DNA of 64,000 nucleotides from Chrysomallon squamiferum (GCA_012295275.1 CM022666.1:3286001-3350000), one strand, 5' to 3'. Numbered from the stretch's first letter, positions 14,953 through 26,447 are shown. Made by a program: numbers and translations. The notes: generated from the letters alone by a model not told the origin.

Positions 14953-15817
14953 CTGTATGTGTGCGTTTATGAATCTTCAGATTTTCACTTCTCGCGAAAA
15001 CTTTTCCACATCCAGGAAAAGGGCACGGGAAAGGTTTTTCCCCGGTGTGCACACGAATATGATTCACTAGCTTGTACTTGGCTTTGAACGGCCGGCCCTC
15101 CCGGGCGCAGTTTTGCCAGTAACAGGCGTGGTCCGTCTGTTCGGGGCCCCCTACGTGCTCCACGGTGATGTGCGTGACGATCTCGTGCATCGTGTTGAAC
15201 GTCTTGTTACACGGTTTCCTCGGTTCGGGTTGGTCTTTATCGAACCACATACAAGAATGCTCCTGCTTGATCGGCGGTCGCATATACCTAAAGAAGGCCC
15301 CCGGCCCGTGAGGCGCCATGTTCATGTGATGAGGATTCATGTTCATGTGGTTCATGTTGAAATGGTGCTGGGGAGGGGCGAAGTGGTCCGCCCGGGGGGC
15401 AGGCATTTGGTTGAACTGGTCCGACCGCGGGTAGAACATTTGGCTGTTCACGTGCCCGCCGTTCACGTGCTGGCTCTCGTGCAGTCCCGGGAAGAGCACG
15501 TGACCCGTCGCGGGGTCCGGGTGGGCCGCGTGCAGACCCCCGGTCGACGGCACGAACATCCCGTGGGGGGTCGGGTTCGTGTCGTGGGCGGGGAGACCCA
15601 TGTCCCTGCGGCCGAACAAGAAGTCTCTGGCTGCGTAGCCTCCGCCGTGAATCGAGTGCGAGTGATGTAGTCCGTATCCGTTAGTCTGACTCCCGAACTG
15701 ATTCGCCTGACCGTGCATGCCCCCGGTCCCGTCCCCCATGGGGTGGGGCGGACTTAGCTTGAGTGCCCCCGGGGGTAGATGCGGCGTGTGCGCCGTGTCC
15801 ATAAACGGGTTGATCAT
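14953..15817 (-). CDS. Zic: Zic/odd-paired family C2H2 zinc-finger transcription factor, first coding exon (N-terminus, ZOC, ZF-NC, ZF1-ZF3); partial gene
   Basis: Translation MINPFMDT... contains ZOC-like ARDFLFGRR (~15602-15637), [18 protein letters not shown] (15260-15301), tandem CxW fingers ZF1 (CMWFD...[19 protein letters not shown]) and ZF2 (CYWQNC...HIRVH), and ZF3 ([23 protein letters not shown]). The ATG at 15817 has A at -3 and an in-frame upstream TGA at 15907-15905; the ORF-track start at 15865 is a TTG. The exon ends ACAG|GTTTGT, and its length of 865 nt (288 codons + 1) gives a phase-1 intron in the HTG linker. Confidence 0.96.
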
Positions 15818-16250
15818 GATGGCTAAACTTTGCTGCTGCTGCTGCTGTTGTTGTTGTTGTTTCAACGAGATAGACAGATAGATAGATGTTACTGGCGGCG
15901 GCAGTCAGTCAGTCGTTGCTGTGAGGACGACAGCAGTGATGCTGCTGCTGCTGCTGCTGCTGGCGTCGTGGATGCTGCGATCTCGGAGAGACGTGACGTG
16001 TTTTACAAGCTAGAGGCGGTTTCCCCTGCGGTGGGCCAGCATCAGTACGGATGTGCCCAGACGGTTCAGCTTGTAAGAACTATCCTCCTCTCGACTGGGT
16101 AGCGTCAAGATAAAGTCACCTCAATAATCTAGTTCGATAAACTCGCAGTGAGAAAGCTCACTGGTTGGCCGCGCTGTTAACAAACAAGTTGCTGGAACCA
16201 GTCAGCTGTCGTCGAGAAGTGTTGTACAGTCAATTCCGAAAACAGCGGCC
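15818..16250 (-). other. Probable Zic 5' UTR with two CAG/CAA-type tracts and one short uORF
   Basis: GC-rich unique sequence between the start codon and the promoter motifs. Only one minus-strand ATG (16042) in this interval. TSS not determined. Confidence 0.55.
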
Positions 16251-16254
16251 TTGT

Positions 16255-16500
16255 AGATGTCACAGCAGGGGAAAAACGGGGGCGGAGCTACGCGCGGAGG
16301 GAAAACACGGCTCGCCGCCTGCGATTGGTTCGCCGTTTAGAGATTGACACCTGGCGACCAATAAAACCGCGACGGGGAGGCCACGCCTTATTGGAGCTTG
16401 GCGTGTGCCCCGCCTCTTTTTGGGAAAAAGTGGATTAGATACGTCAATCTTGTGAATTATCGCGAACCCCCCTCACCCCACCATCCCGCTGAGAGAGGCT
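16255..16500 (-). promoter_or_regulatory. Candidate TATA-less proximal promoter of Zic
   Basis: GC boxes GGGGCGGAGC (16279-16288) and GCCCCGCCTC (16407-16416); CCAAT/ATTGG boxes at 16324-16328, 16358-16362 and 16390-16394; Zic-type CACAGCAGGGG (16261-16271). CpG-rich and 450-650 bp upstream of the ATG. Confidence 0.7.
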
Positions 16501-16744
16501 TGTTTTTACAACACGGGCTTCTAGGAGAACTCCGAGCTAAAAAGGGAGTAAAAAGAAAAAGAAAAAGAAAAATAATAATAATTTCGCTAAATTCTCGACA
16601 GTTACGTCCAGTTCCGTTGTTGACCACAGAACGCAGAACAACTGTTTCGTCAAAGTCTCTCTGCAACGAGCGACACAAAACGAAAATGATTAATTCTGGA
16701 GCTCACAAGAGATGAAGCAAAAATGATTTCTTTCTTTCGTGATT

Positions 16745-16779
<35 letters not shown>

Positions 16780-17746
16780 TCTTCAAACACTGCTGGATGA
16801 AAATGACAACAACTTATCCATATCAATGCGAAAACTTGTCTGTTATACTTAATAAACGGAGAAGATTAGCTTACAAGGAAATAAAAACGAGGAAATATAT
16901 ACAAACAAGTCGCAAGAGCTACGAACCAGCCAGCTGTTTGTGGTTTTAACAATAGATTAATTTAATCTTCCCGTGTGTGAAATCAGTCGTTTTTAAAACA
17001 GTCAGCTCTTTAATACAGAGTAAATTTAGAAGTCATCTTTGCTTCACTCTGTCAGTCTATCAGTCTGTCTTCCTCTCGAACTATCTGCCTATCTCTCTAT
17101 CTGTATGTCACATTACCATGATTATTATTATTAGTAGTAGTATTACTATTCTTCTTCTTCTTCTTCTTCTTCTTATTATAAATGCACCTATTATAAGTGA
17201 CTAAAATTATGCTATTTGTTTCTGTAATTAACAAATTATTATCTATTATTTTGTTTCGTTAAAGAAATTAATTCTTGAAAAACAATAAATAATGAAAAAA
17301 AAACAACACCAGGAAAACAGTCCCATTTTAATTATGTTTTACCACCAGTAAGTTTTATAATGATGCGTCTTTGTGACATAATGCTCTCTCATTATCTCTC
17401 TCTTTGTGATATGTATGCATCTATCTCTCAATCTATCTATCTATGTTTTTTCTTTATCCATTTCCTCCTCTCTATCTCTTTTCTCTCATCAAAACACAAA
17501 ACAACATTGTTAACAAACATCCAACTCTCTTTTTTATTTTATTTTAAACACTTTTATCTACTTCAAGTTCCGCATTACATTAAACAAAACAAAAAATCCT
17601 ATTGTCGGGTTTCAAGTGCCAGTAGCTAAAAACTCGTCAAAGCATCATCAATTTCAAATCAAGCACTGTCTATTTCGGCGAGTTTCTTTTCAATTTCACT
17701 GCTTGTTTTGTTTCACACCCATCAAACAAGGCGTCGATGCAACTAG

Positions 17747-17782
<36 letters not shown>

Positions 17783-18263
17783 AGGGGGGAAAGGGGGAGG
17801 GGAGAACGACGACAGATCAAATTGTTTTACTTACAAAAGCAACAACAACAACAAAACTCTTTGTTTATAAGGTGAAAACGATAACAATGCCTCAACGTGG
17901 GAAATGGTTAACTTATTTAGTCCGGTTGTATTCATTACTGCTCGCGTCCGGGCACTGTTCTGCCCATAACTATTTTTACGTGAGTAACAAAAGAGGTGAC
18001 ATTGCTCTATTGTACGTGTGTGAATTCCGCCGTGGAAGTTAGCGAACCCTCAGCCCAGAGTAGCACACACACACACACACAAGAAAAAGAAAGAAAAAAA
18101 AAAAAAAAAAGAAAAGGATTATCATTAAATAAACTGGTTTTGTTGGTTTTGAGAGGTGTTTGTGTTTTCACTTTGTGCGCGTAAAGAGAAAGTTAAGAAA
18201 CCAGTGAGATGTTTTAATTGTTTGAATTGTGCTTGTTTGTGTTAGAGGCGTAGAATAAATGAA

Positions 18264-18306
<43 letters not shown>

Positions 18307-18339
18307 CATATGGACACATGCAAGCATAAATACATAATA

Positions 18340-18388
18340 TTCTATCATTCATATATTCATACATACATACACAGACAGACACACACAC

Positions 18389-18423
<35 letters not shown>

Positions 18424-19182
18424 TACATACATACGTATATACACACATACATACATACATACACACACATACATACATACATACATACAGACATACACAC
18501 ACAAACACACAAACACACATAAACACGCACGCACACGTATGCACACGCACACACACGGCACACAGGCGATGAACGAACACAGAAGAAAGTGTTGCTCGGA
18601 TTAGGAAACGAGATTAAGGCTCGGATTTGCTGATCCCGAACACGCTGGTCAAGATCAACTGCGGCGGCGGCGATAAGCCGGATAAACACGAATTAAGCGA
18701 TGACCCCATTTGTCGCTGCCGTAGGCGTCGTATGCCCCAGGATTTCGCGGACGTGTGTGATGACGTTGCTGTGTTGGTTTAAGATTTTCACACAGTGCGG
18801 TGTTGGCCACACGTCTTGTAAAAACATAGATATATGTATGTATGTATGTATGTGTGTATGTGTGTATGTGTGTATGTACGTATATATGTATGGGTGTATG
18901 TATGTATGTATGTATGTATGTATGTATGTATGTATGTATATATGTATGTATGTATGTATGTATGTGTGTATGTATGTATGTATGTATGTGTGTGTATGTA
19001 TGTATGTATGTATGTATATATGTACGTACGTACGTATGTATGTATGTGTGTGTAGGTATGTATGTATGTACGTATGTATGTATGTATGTATGTGTGTATG
19101 TATGTATGTACGTGTGTTTGTATGTATGTATGTATGTATGTGTGTGTATGTATGTACGTACGTATGTATGTGTGTATATATA
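18340..19182. repeat. Oppositely oriented (TACA/CA)n and (TGTA/TG)n tracts flanking a ~270 bp unique core
   Basis: (TACA)n/(CA)n at ~18340-18555; (TGTA)n/(TG)n at ~18830-19182; GC-rich core at ~18560-18825. Confidence 0.85.
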
Positions 19183-19521
19183 TGACATGATAACTGTGTT
19201 GATGTTTTCTCAGTTTCAGTGTCTTGTTGTATTGTTTGTGTTAACATTGTGATGGTATGTTTACTTAAACAGTTTTATTGCGTGGGTCTGTATTTAATTA
19301 AAAGGAACACGTGGATATAAACTGCGTGAGGTTGTTTGTTTGTTTTGTTTGTGGTTTATTTATTTGCTTACGTATTTAAATTATTATGAGTTGTTTTGTT
19401 TGTTTGTTTGTTGATATTTTGTTATTGATTTCATTTTCTTTCTTTGAAAAAAAAAAAAATAAAAAGAAGAAGAAGAAAAGCGGTAACTGAATTTCTTACA
19501 CCATAAATGAAACATGCATAT

Positions 19522-19635
<114 letters not shown>

Positions 19636-19706
19636 AATTATTATTATTATATTTGTTGTTATTATTTATATTATTATTTAATCATATTTAATATACGGGC
19701 AGAATA

Positions 19707-19737
<31 letters not shown>

Positions 19738-20104
19738 TTTTACATATTGTTTTTAATTTTTGTTTTTTAATAATGTATTCTTTTCTAATATTTAATAATA
19801 TAATACTGTAACAAATTAAACAAATAAAATATTGTTCTCTTTACTAATCTTTTATGAATACGGATTTTTAATATCGTTAACAAAAGTATATGTTCCTTTG
19901 TTGTTGTTTTTTTGGTATCTTTTAATTTAATCAATTTTATTCATTTTTAAAAATCTTTTTAAATATTGAATGATTTATTGTTATGATTACTGTATTTTAA
20001 ATTTTATTTATTTATTGTGTGACATATTTTTAAAAAACAACAACACACACAAAATCATCCTTAAACGCATGCACACAATCACACACGTACACACGCACAC
20101 AAGA

Positions 20105-20139
<35 letters not shown>

Positions 20140-20704
20140 ACCAGAAGAAACTGATCTGCATATGTTTATTTCAACATGAAACTGACAATTCAAGAATCTT
20201 TATCTTTCATTAATTAACAAGCATATGTAAAAAAAAAAAAATTAAAACATAAAAAAAAAAAAATAAAAACAATAAAAATCTTGGAAATGTTATTTACAAT
20301 TAAAAGTCACATGGAAAGAATTAATATAAACAACACAGTCTGGCAATGTTTGCAAACTAGATAAACCTATTACTTCCGTCTCTAATTAACATAATTTATT
20401 ACAGCACGACAATGTTTTATTATGCAACCAGCCTCGTTGTGAAAAACGTGGTGTGAAAATGATCACATGCAGACGTTGTCAGTTTCTTAATCTGATGTTG
20501 TCGTTTTCCCTTCATCTGCGCTGCACATGCTGAAACAAATAAAAAAATAAATAAATAGATAACACGTTTTTATAAAGATATACACATACATACAGAGAGA
20601 GAATATAAAAAAAAAAAATAGCGAAAATAAAAATAGTATTAGCAATATTCTTTTAAATTCACTGAGAGGCATTGAAGGACGTAAAATGAAGGAAGGATGT
20701 AGAT

Positions 20705-20706
<2 letters not shown>

Positions 20707-20777
<71 letters not shown>
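20707..20777. repeat. (AG)n microsatellite, representative of about twenty long AG/CT tracts
   Basis: Others at ~23406-23488, 27052-27146, 28066-28180, 32155-32220, 36718-36788, 38197-38265, 45302-45411, 45675-45771, 47482-47571, 50154-50245, 51045-51143, 51648-51776, 58983-59049, 61900-61995 and 62610-62695. Confidence 0.95.
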
Positions 20778-20782
<5 letters not shown>

Positions 20783-21602
20783 CACATGAACAACAATACT
20801 TTCAACATCATTATCATCATCACCATCATAAACAACAACAGTAACAACCACCACCACCACCACCACCACCACCACCACCACCACCAGAACAACAACAACA
20901 ACAACAATAATAATATCATTTTCATTGATAATGTATTTTCATCATATTCATCATCATCATCATCATCATCATTTTAATTTATTTCATTTTTAACAACCGT
21001 TCATTCTTTTTCGTATCTACAAACCACAATTCCTCTAAAAAAAAAAAAAAAAAAAAAAAAAAATAAAAAAAATATATATATATATATTTTAAATATTCAG
21101 TATTTTCTTACCAGTCATATTACACGCTCTCAGATATTTCTAATACTCTCCGGGGGATATTTGCTCGCTGTTGGTATTATATTAATTAATACTGTCAAAC
21201 TTTGTCAACAGAAATTCGTCGAGTTGGAGAAAAAAAAAAAAAAAAAAAAAAACAGAAGATAAAACCGTATCTCTTGTCCATCGAGTATACGAATGACCAC
21301 TTCAAGTGGACAGAAATTTAAGCCAAAAGTTTTTGATCGCTAAACTATCGAGTAATTTTTCAGACTTAAAGTTATCGTAAAATAAACAATGGCTTTGGTC
21401 GTAGATATCTTCTTAGTGACAACAAGAATGTTGTTATGAGCTCCGAGGGAAAGATAAAAAGGAGAATTGTTGAGAATGAGAGATAGATAGATAGAAAAAA
21501 AAAAATGGGCTAAAAATTGTGAAAGGACGAGTTTTTTTTTTTTTTTTTTTTTGATTTGATTTGATTTGATTTGATTTGATTTGATTTATTTATTTATTTA
21601 CT

Positions 21603-21637
<35 letters not shown>

Positions 21638-21776
21638 TTCATTTATTAATAACTATTTAAAGTTCCTATAAAAGTTATTTGTTTATATACAATGATGGTT
21701 ATATAATTATGTGTGTAGCTATATATCTGTGTGTCTGTCTGTCTGTCTCTATGTATGTATATATGTACTTATATGT

Positions 21777-21870
21777 GTTATGTTATGTTATGTTATGTTA
21801 TGTTATGTTATGTTATGTTATGTTATGTTATGGTATGGTATGGTATAGTATGGTATGGTATGGTATGGTA
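21777..21870. repeat. Pentanucleotide (GTTAT)n grading into (GGTAT)n
   Basis: Direct reading. Related 5-mer tracts: (TACTA)n at ~22745-22930, (TACAA/TATAA)n at ~22963-23035 and (TGTAA/TATAA)n at ~63260-63374. Confidence 0.9.
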
Positions 21871-21907
21871 TACTAGATTATGTCTGTTTGTCTGTCTGTC
21901 TGTTACA

Positions 21908-22076
21908 TTCACTACGTCATACCAGAAACTGTCTGTCTGTCTGTCTGTTCAATTCACTACGTCACACCAGACACTGTCTGTCTGTCTGTCTGTCTGTCTG
22001 TTCAGTTAACTACGTCATACCAGACACTGTCTGTCTATCTGCCTGTCTAACTGTTCAATTCACTATGTCAAACCAG
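21908..22076. repeat. Composite minisatellite, 4 units of TTCACTACGTCATACCAGACACT(GTCT)nGTTCAA
   Basis: Units begin at ~21908, 21953, 22006 and 22059; unit length varies with the GTCT copy number. Confidence 0.9.
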
Positions 22077-23402
22077 CCTCTGTGTGTTTGTGATTACAGA
22101 GGAGCTAATGTATTGTCAGTTGGAATCTTCTCCCTTCCACTCACGACTTTTCACCTTAATTAACACGTCTTAACTCACGTCAGCTTAATTAGTGCAGCTA
22201 GTTAATCGGCCGAGAGACATTTCAACTTGCACGAGCGCGCGCGTGCCAGACGTGTCATAAGATGAACAGTAGCATGAAAATATATATCTCCAGTACACAC
22301 ACACACACACAGAGACTGAGACTGACGTGGATTGTTTAGATTTCAGTTCACTTCGTGTTAATCATTTGTTTTTATTAATCGTCGTTATTATTTTTGGTTG
22401 TTGTTGTTTTTTTTAGGTATTTTTGATGGGGGTGTTTTCTTTAACGCTTGAAAAGCTTTCAGAATTTAACTCAATTTGTGTTAATCACTTATTTCTACGA
22501 CTTCTTTATTATTTAATTTTTTGTTTTGTTTGTTTTGTTTGTTGTTGTTTTATCCCCGAGAAGATGATTGTTGACACAAATGTGGACGTCTGTGTATTGC
22601 TCGTTGTAACAGAAATGAAAACGTTTACGTACGTTGAATGGATTAATTACGGTAGTTTGATTTCGTAGCAAAGTGATTAATTTAACTGACATGAAGAAAT
22701 ATAATTTTATTGACGTACCGTGTTTAATATTCTTTACTACACCATATACTATACTATACTATACTATACTATACTATACTATACTATACTATACTATACT
22801 ATACTACACTACACTACACTGCACTATACTATAATACATTATACTATTCTATACTATGTTATACTATACTATACTATACTATTCAATGCTATGCAATACT
22901 ATACTATATTTTACTACATTATACTATACTACAAAAAGCAAAACAACAAAATAAAATAATTAAATACAATACAATACACACTAATACAATACAATACAAT
23001 ATAATATAATGTAATATAATATAATATAATATAACATAAAATTCTTTGGAATTTAAAATGGTACAAATTAATGGTAAAACAGACATTTGTTGGTAATAAA
23101 TATTTCCTTCAGGAACAACCCTCAACTTTACAAAAACATTCAACAGATACAAATATTTTATTCTCAATATGCACAGTTTCATGCATCTGTTCCCCCGTGC
23201 ATTAATTTGAACACGCTCGGACAAGCGTATAAACTACGTTGCAATACATCCTACAGTAGCGATATATCATTAGATATTATTGGTAGTGGTAGTAGTAACA
23301 GTCGTAGTAGTCGTAGAAATGGTAGTAACGTCGTTGTAGTTGTAGACGTGGTAATAGAATTTGCAGCAACTGTGGCTAAAAAAGTCGATGAAAATATCAG
23401 AC

Positions 23403-23492
<90 letters not shown>

Positions 23493-24109
23493 ATTCTCCC
23501 TCTTTATTTATTTCTACACACACCTAAATATGTACATAATATTATATATATATATAAATAAAATATTAGGCATGTATATGATATTGCTTATATGTATGTA
23601 TGTATATATATATATATATATATGTCTAATGTATGTATGAATGTAGATAAGTATGTTTGTATGTATGTATAAGTATGTATGTATGTATGTTTGTATGTAT
23701 GTATGTATGTATGTATGTTTGTATATATGTATATACAGACACATTAAACAAATACAAGTTAACAAAAGTAGAAAATCACTGAAGCGTTCAATCTAATGTG
23801 TTAACGCTAAAGTTGGTAAATAAAAACAGTGTGAAAAATCTGTTACAGAGGACAAAAACCTGACTGATCTTTTATTGATTAATGCCATGTTCATTTCACC
23901 GCTGTCTATTTCTCCTTCTTCCCATCAATCACTTTCGTTCAGCTTCTTTCTTTCTCTTTCTTTCCTTCCAGTTTTTGGTATGGGGAAAAAAAAAAAAAAC
24001 AGACAGAAAAAAAAAAAAAAAAAAAAAAAAAAACAGAATGAGAGAAATAATCAGACAGAGAAACTGTGAAGGGAGGGAGGGCGGGAGGGAGGGAGAAAGG
24101 GAGAGAGGC

Positions 24110-24500
24110 AGGCAGGGGGCGCTCTTTGATTTCGTCATCAAATTTGAAATGCATAACGTCAGAAATCGCCATTAAATCGAGGATTAAGAGCGCCCCCCTG
24201 CGGGGAAACGCCGACATGCGCAAAGCGATGGCTTTGACATGGGTGTATTTTTCACGTGATCTATTTCACTCATTACTAGCGTTTTTCGATAATAAAACGC
24301 TGATGCATTAATCCTTTCGCCGTAGTCAAGAAACAGCAAGACGAATTAAGCTGGCGAGGGGAGGCCCGTATTTTGTGCGTTAAACTGCGCGCACAGCTTG
24401 ACCCCCCCTCTCAAAGCTGCTGTCGACATGCCCTTAAGCCCCCCGAGCAAATCACGTGACAGCCGTAGGTGTTAATTGCAGAGTTCGCCGGTTGTTTATT
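24110..24500. promoter_or_regulatory. Candidate distal enhancer (TCF, Otx-type, Zic/Glis-type and E-box motifs)
   Basis: CTTTGAT 24124-24130; GGATTA 24181-24186; CCCCCCTGCGGGG 24193-24205; TCACGTGA 24252-24259 and 24452-24459; TAATCC 24309-24314; GACCCCCCC 24400-24408. Confidence 0.5.
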
Positions 24501-25835
24501 TCTAGTTTAATAATTTACATTTCTTCTTGTTGTAATTTCTTTCTTTTTTTTCTTTTTTTTTTTTTTTTTTTTTTTTAACATTAATTTTCATCATTAATTG
24601 TGCATGTTTGATTTTAAATCGAGCTTGGGTTAATTTCTCAGGCTTTGAGTTTGTTAAATGTAAAAAAAAAAAAATAAAATAGGGATAGATGCACTTTGTA
24701 GATAATATATTTGTAATTAAGAATCTAATTTTAATTAACGAAGTTTTGAAACTGCGTCGCTTATAGACGCTGTATTTAGTAAATGAAATAATTTAAGAAA
24801 ATCATGATTGGCTTATCTTTGCAGTTTCACTTTATTAATTTGCATGTGCATATAATTATATATTTTAATTAGTATCTGCAAATTATAATTTATCAGCTTG
24901 CAGAAGCATAACTTAATACTTAATAAATCAACAAACAAACCCAGGCTTGTATATCAGACTTAATTTAATTTATTTTACTTATGATAATATTCATGTTTTA
25001 ATATTTTAATTAAGATTCTTTTCTTCAACATAACCTAATTCATTTGAATACAGACAGAATAGTTATTATGTCAAATAAACAAATGCAGTTTTTAATTAAT
25101 TTAATTTGTTTACGCACACGCACGCACGCACGCCCAACACACACGCACGCACGCACGCCCAACACACACGCACACATATCGTCCCTATCATACCCATGGA
25201 CTCATATATAAACAAACAGTCATTTACATAGATTTAAAACGACCAGAACATCCGTACACCCACACACACAAACATACACACACACACACACACACACAAA
25301 CATACACACGCACACATGCACACATACCTTATCAATTACACACCCACTCAGATATACGCACAAAATGCGTTCCTGGCTAATAGTTTAGATTTTTAATTCT
25401 ATGACAGACGCAGATGCCGTTTAATGAAAAAAACGAGATAGAATCGACACAGTTTTGTATTCGCCAGCTGATAAACGTAATTCTTGGCTGAAACTGAAAT
25501 ATGTCACACGTTTTTATCTCCATCCACTGATTCTCATTTGATTTTCTAGTTTTAAATCAGTTTATTGCCTTGTTTGTTAGTCTGTTGTGTTGTATATATA
25601 TATACATACACACGTAAATATATGTACATATATATTTATCTGTGTGTGTATAGATTTATATATACATATGTGTATATGTGTGTGTGTCTATATATATATA
25701 TATGCGTGTGTTTAATTGAGTATGTGTATGTTTGTGCGTGTGTATGTATGTATGTATGTATGTATGTATGTATGTATTATTATTTTTTTAATTGTCTGAT
25801 CTCTTTGTGTTAATTTTTCTTGAAATCTTAATCAC

Positions 25836-25870
<35 letters not shown>

Positions 25871-26414
25871 CCCAACAAAAAAACATTCTTATGAAGTCTG
25901 AACTTGCCACCTAATTACCAAAAAAAAAACCTTTTGACTGAAATAATTAATATAGAAAATATTTTGTAATTACACCACAAAACTCAAGTTTAATTATTAT
26001 TTTTTTCCATTCTTAAAACTGGACCACTTGAATTATTATTTTCTTTCTGTATTTTTTTTTTTTTTCCCTAAAGGCCAAATGGAATTAACTTCCCTTTCTC
26101 TATCTTTTTTTTTTTTTTTTTTTTTTCTTTTTTTTTTTTTTCTGCTCTGTTTAATAGTTTAAGAAAGGTCTGGTCATTTCTGGATCAATAAATTAATTGA
26201 AAAGTTAAAGAAAAAAAAACAAACAACAAAAACATTGGACATAACTGGACATTATAATTGGACTTTTGATCCTCAGCTCACATAAAAATACGATTTCTAA
26301 TTGCTACGTTATTTCCTTGGACCATCCTGTTTACAACAATTTCAATTGACTTTTTTCTTTCTTTCATTTCTTCCCCTATTTCTAAAATTGCCATCTCTCT
26401 CAAAAATTTTCCTC

Positions 26415-26447
<33 letters not shown>

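Noticed and set aside
15113-15670. 185-aa plus-strand ORF antisense to Zic
   Set aside because: Shadow of the GC-rich Zic coding sequence; non-ATG start and no recognisable motif.
15818-15865. ORF-track N-terminus [16 protein letters not shown] as the annotated Zic start
   Set aside because: The first codon is TTG; the ATG at 15817 has good context and a Zic/Opa-like N-terminus. Kept only as a speculative non-AUG extension.
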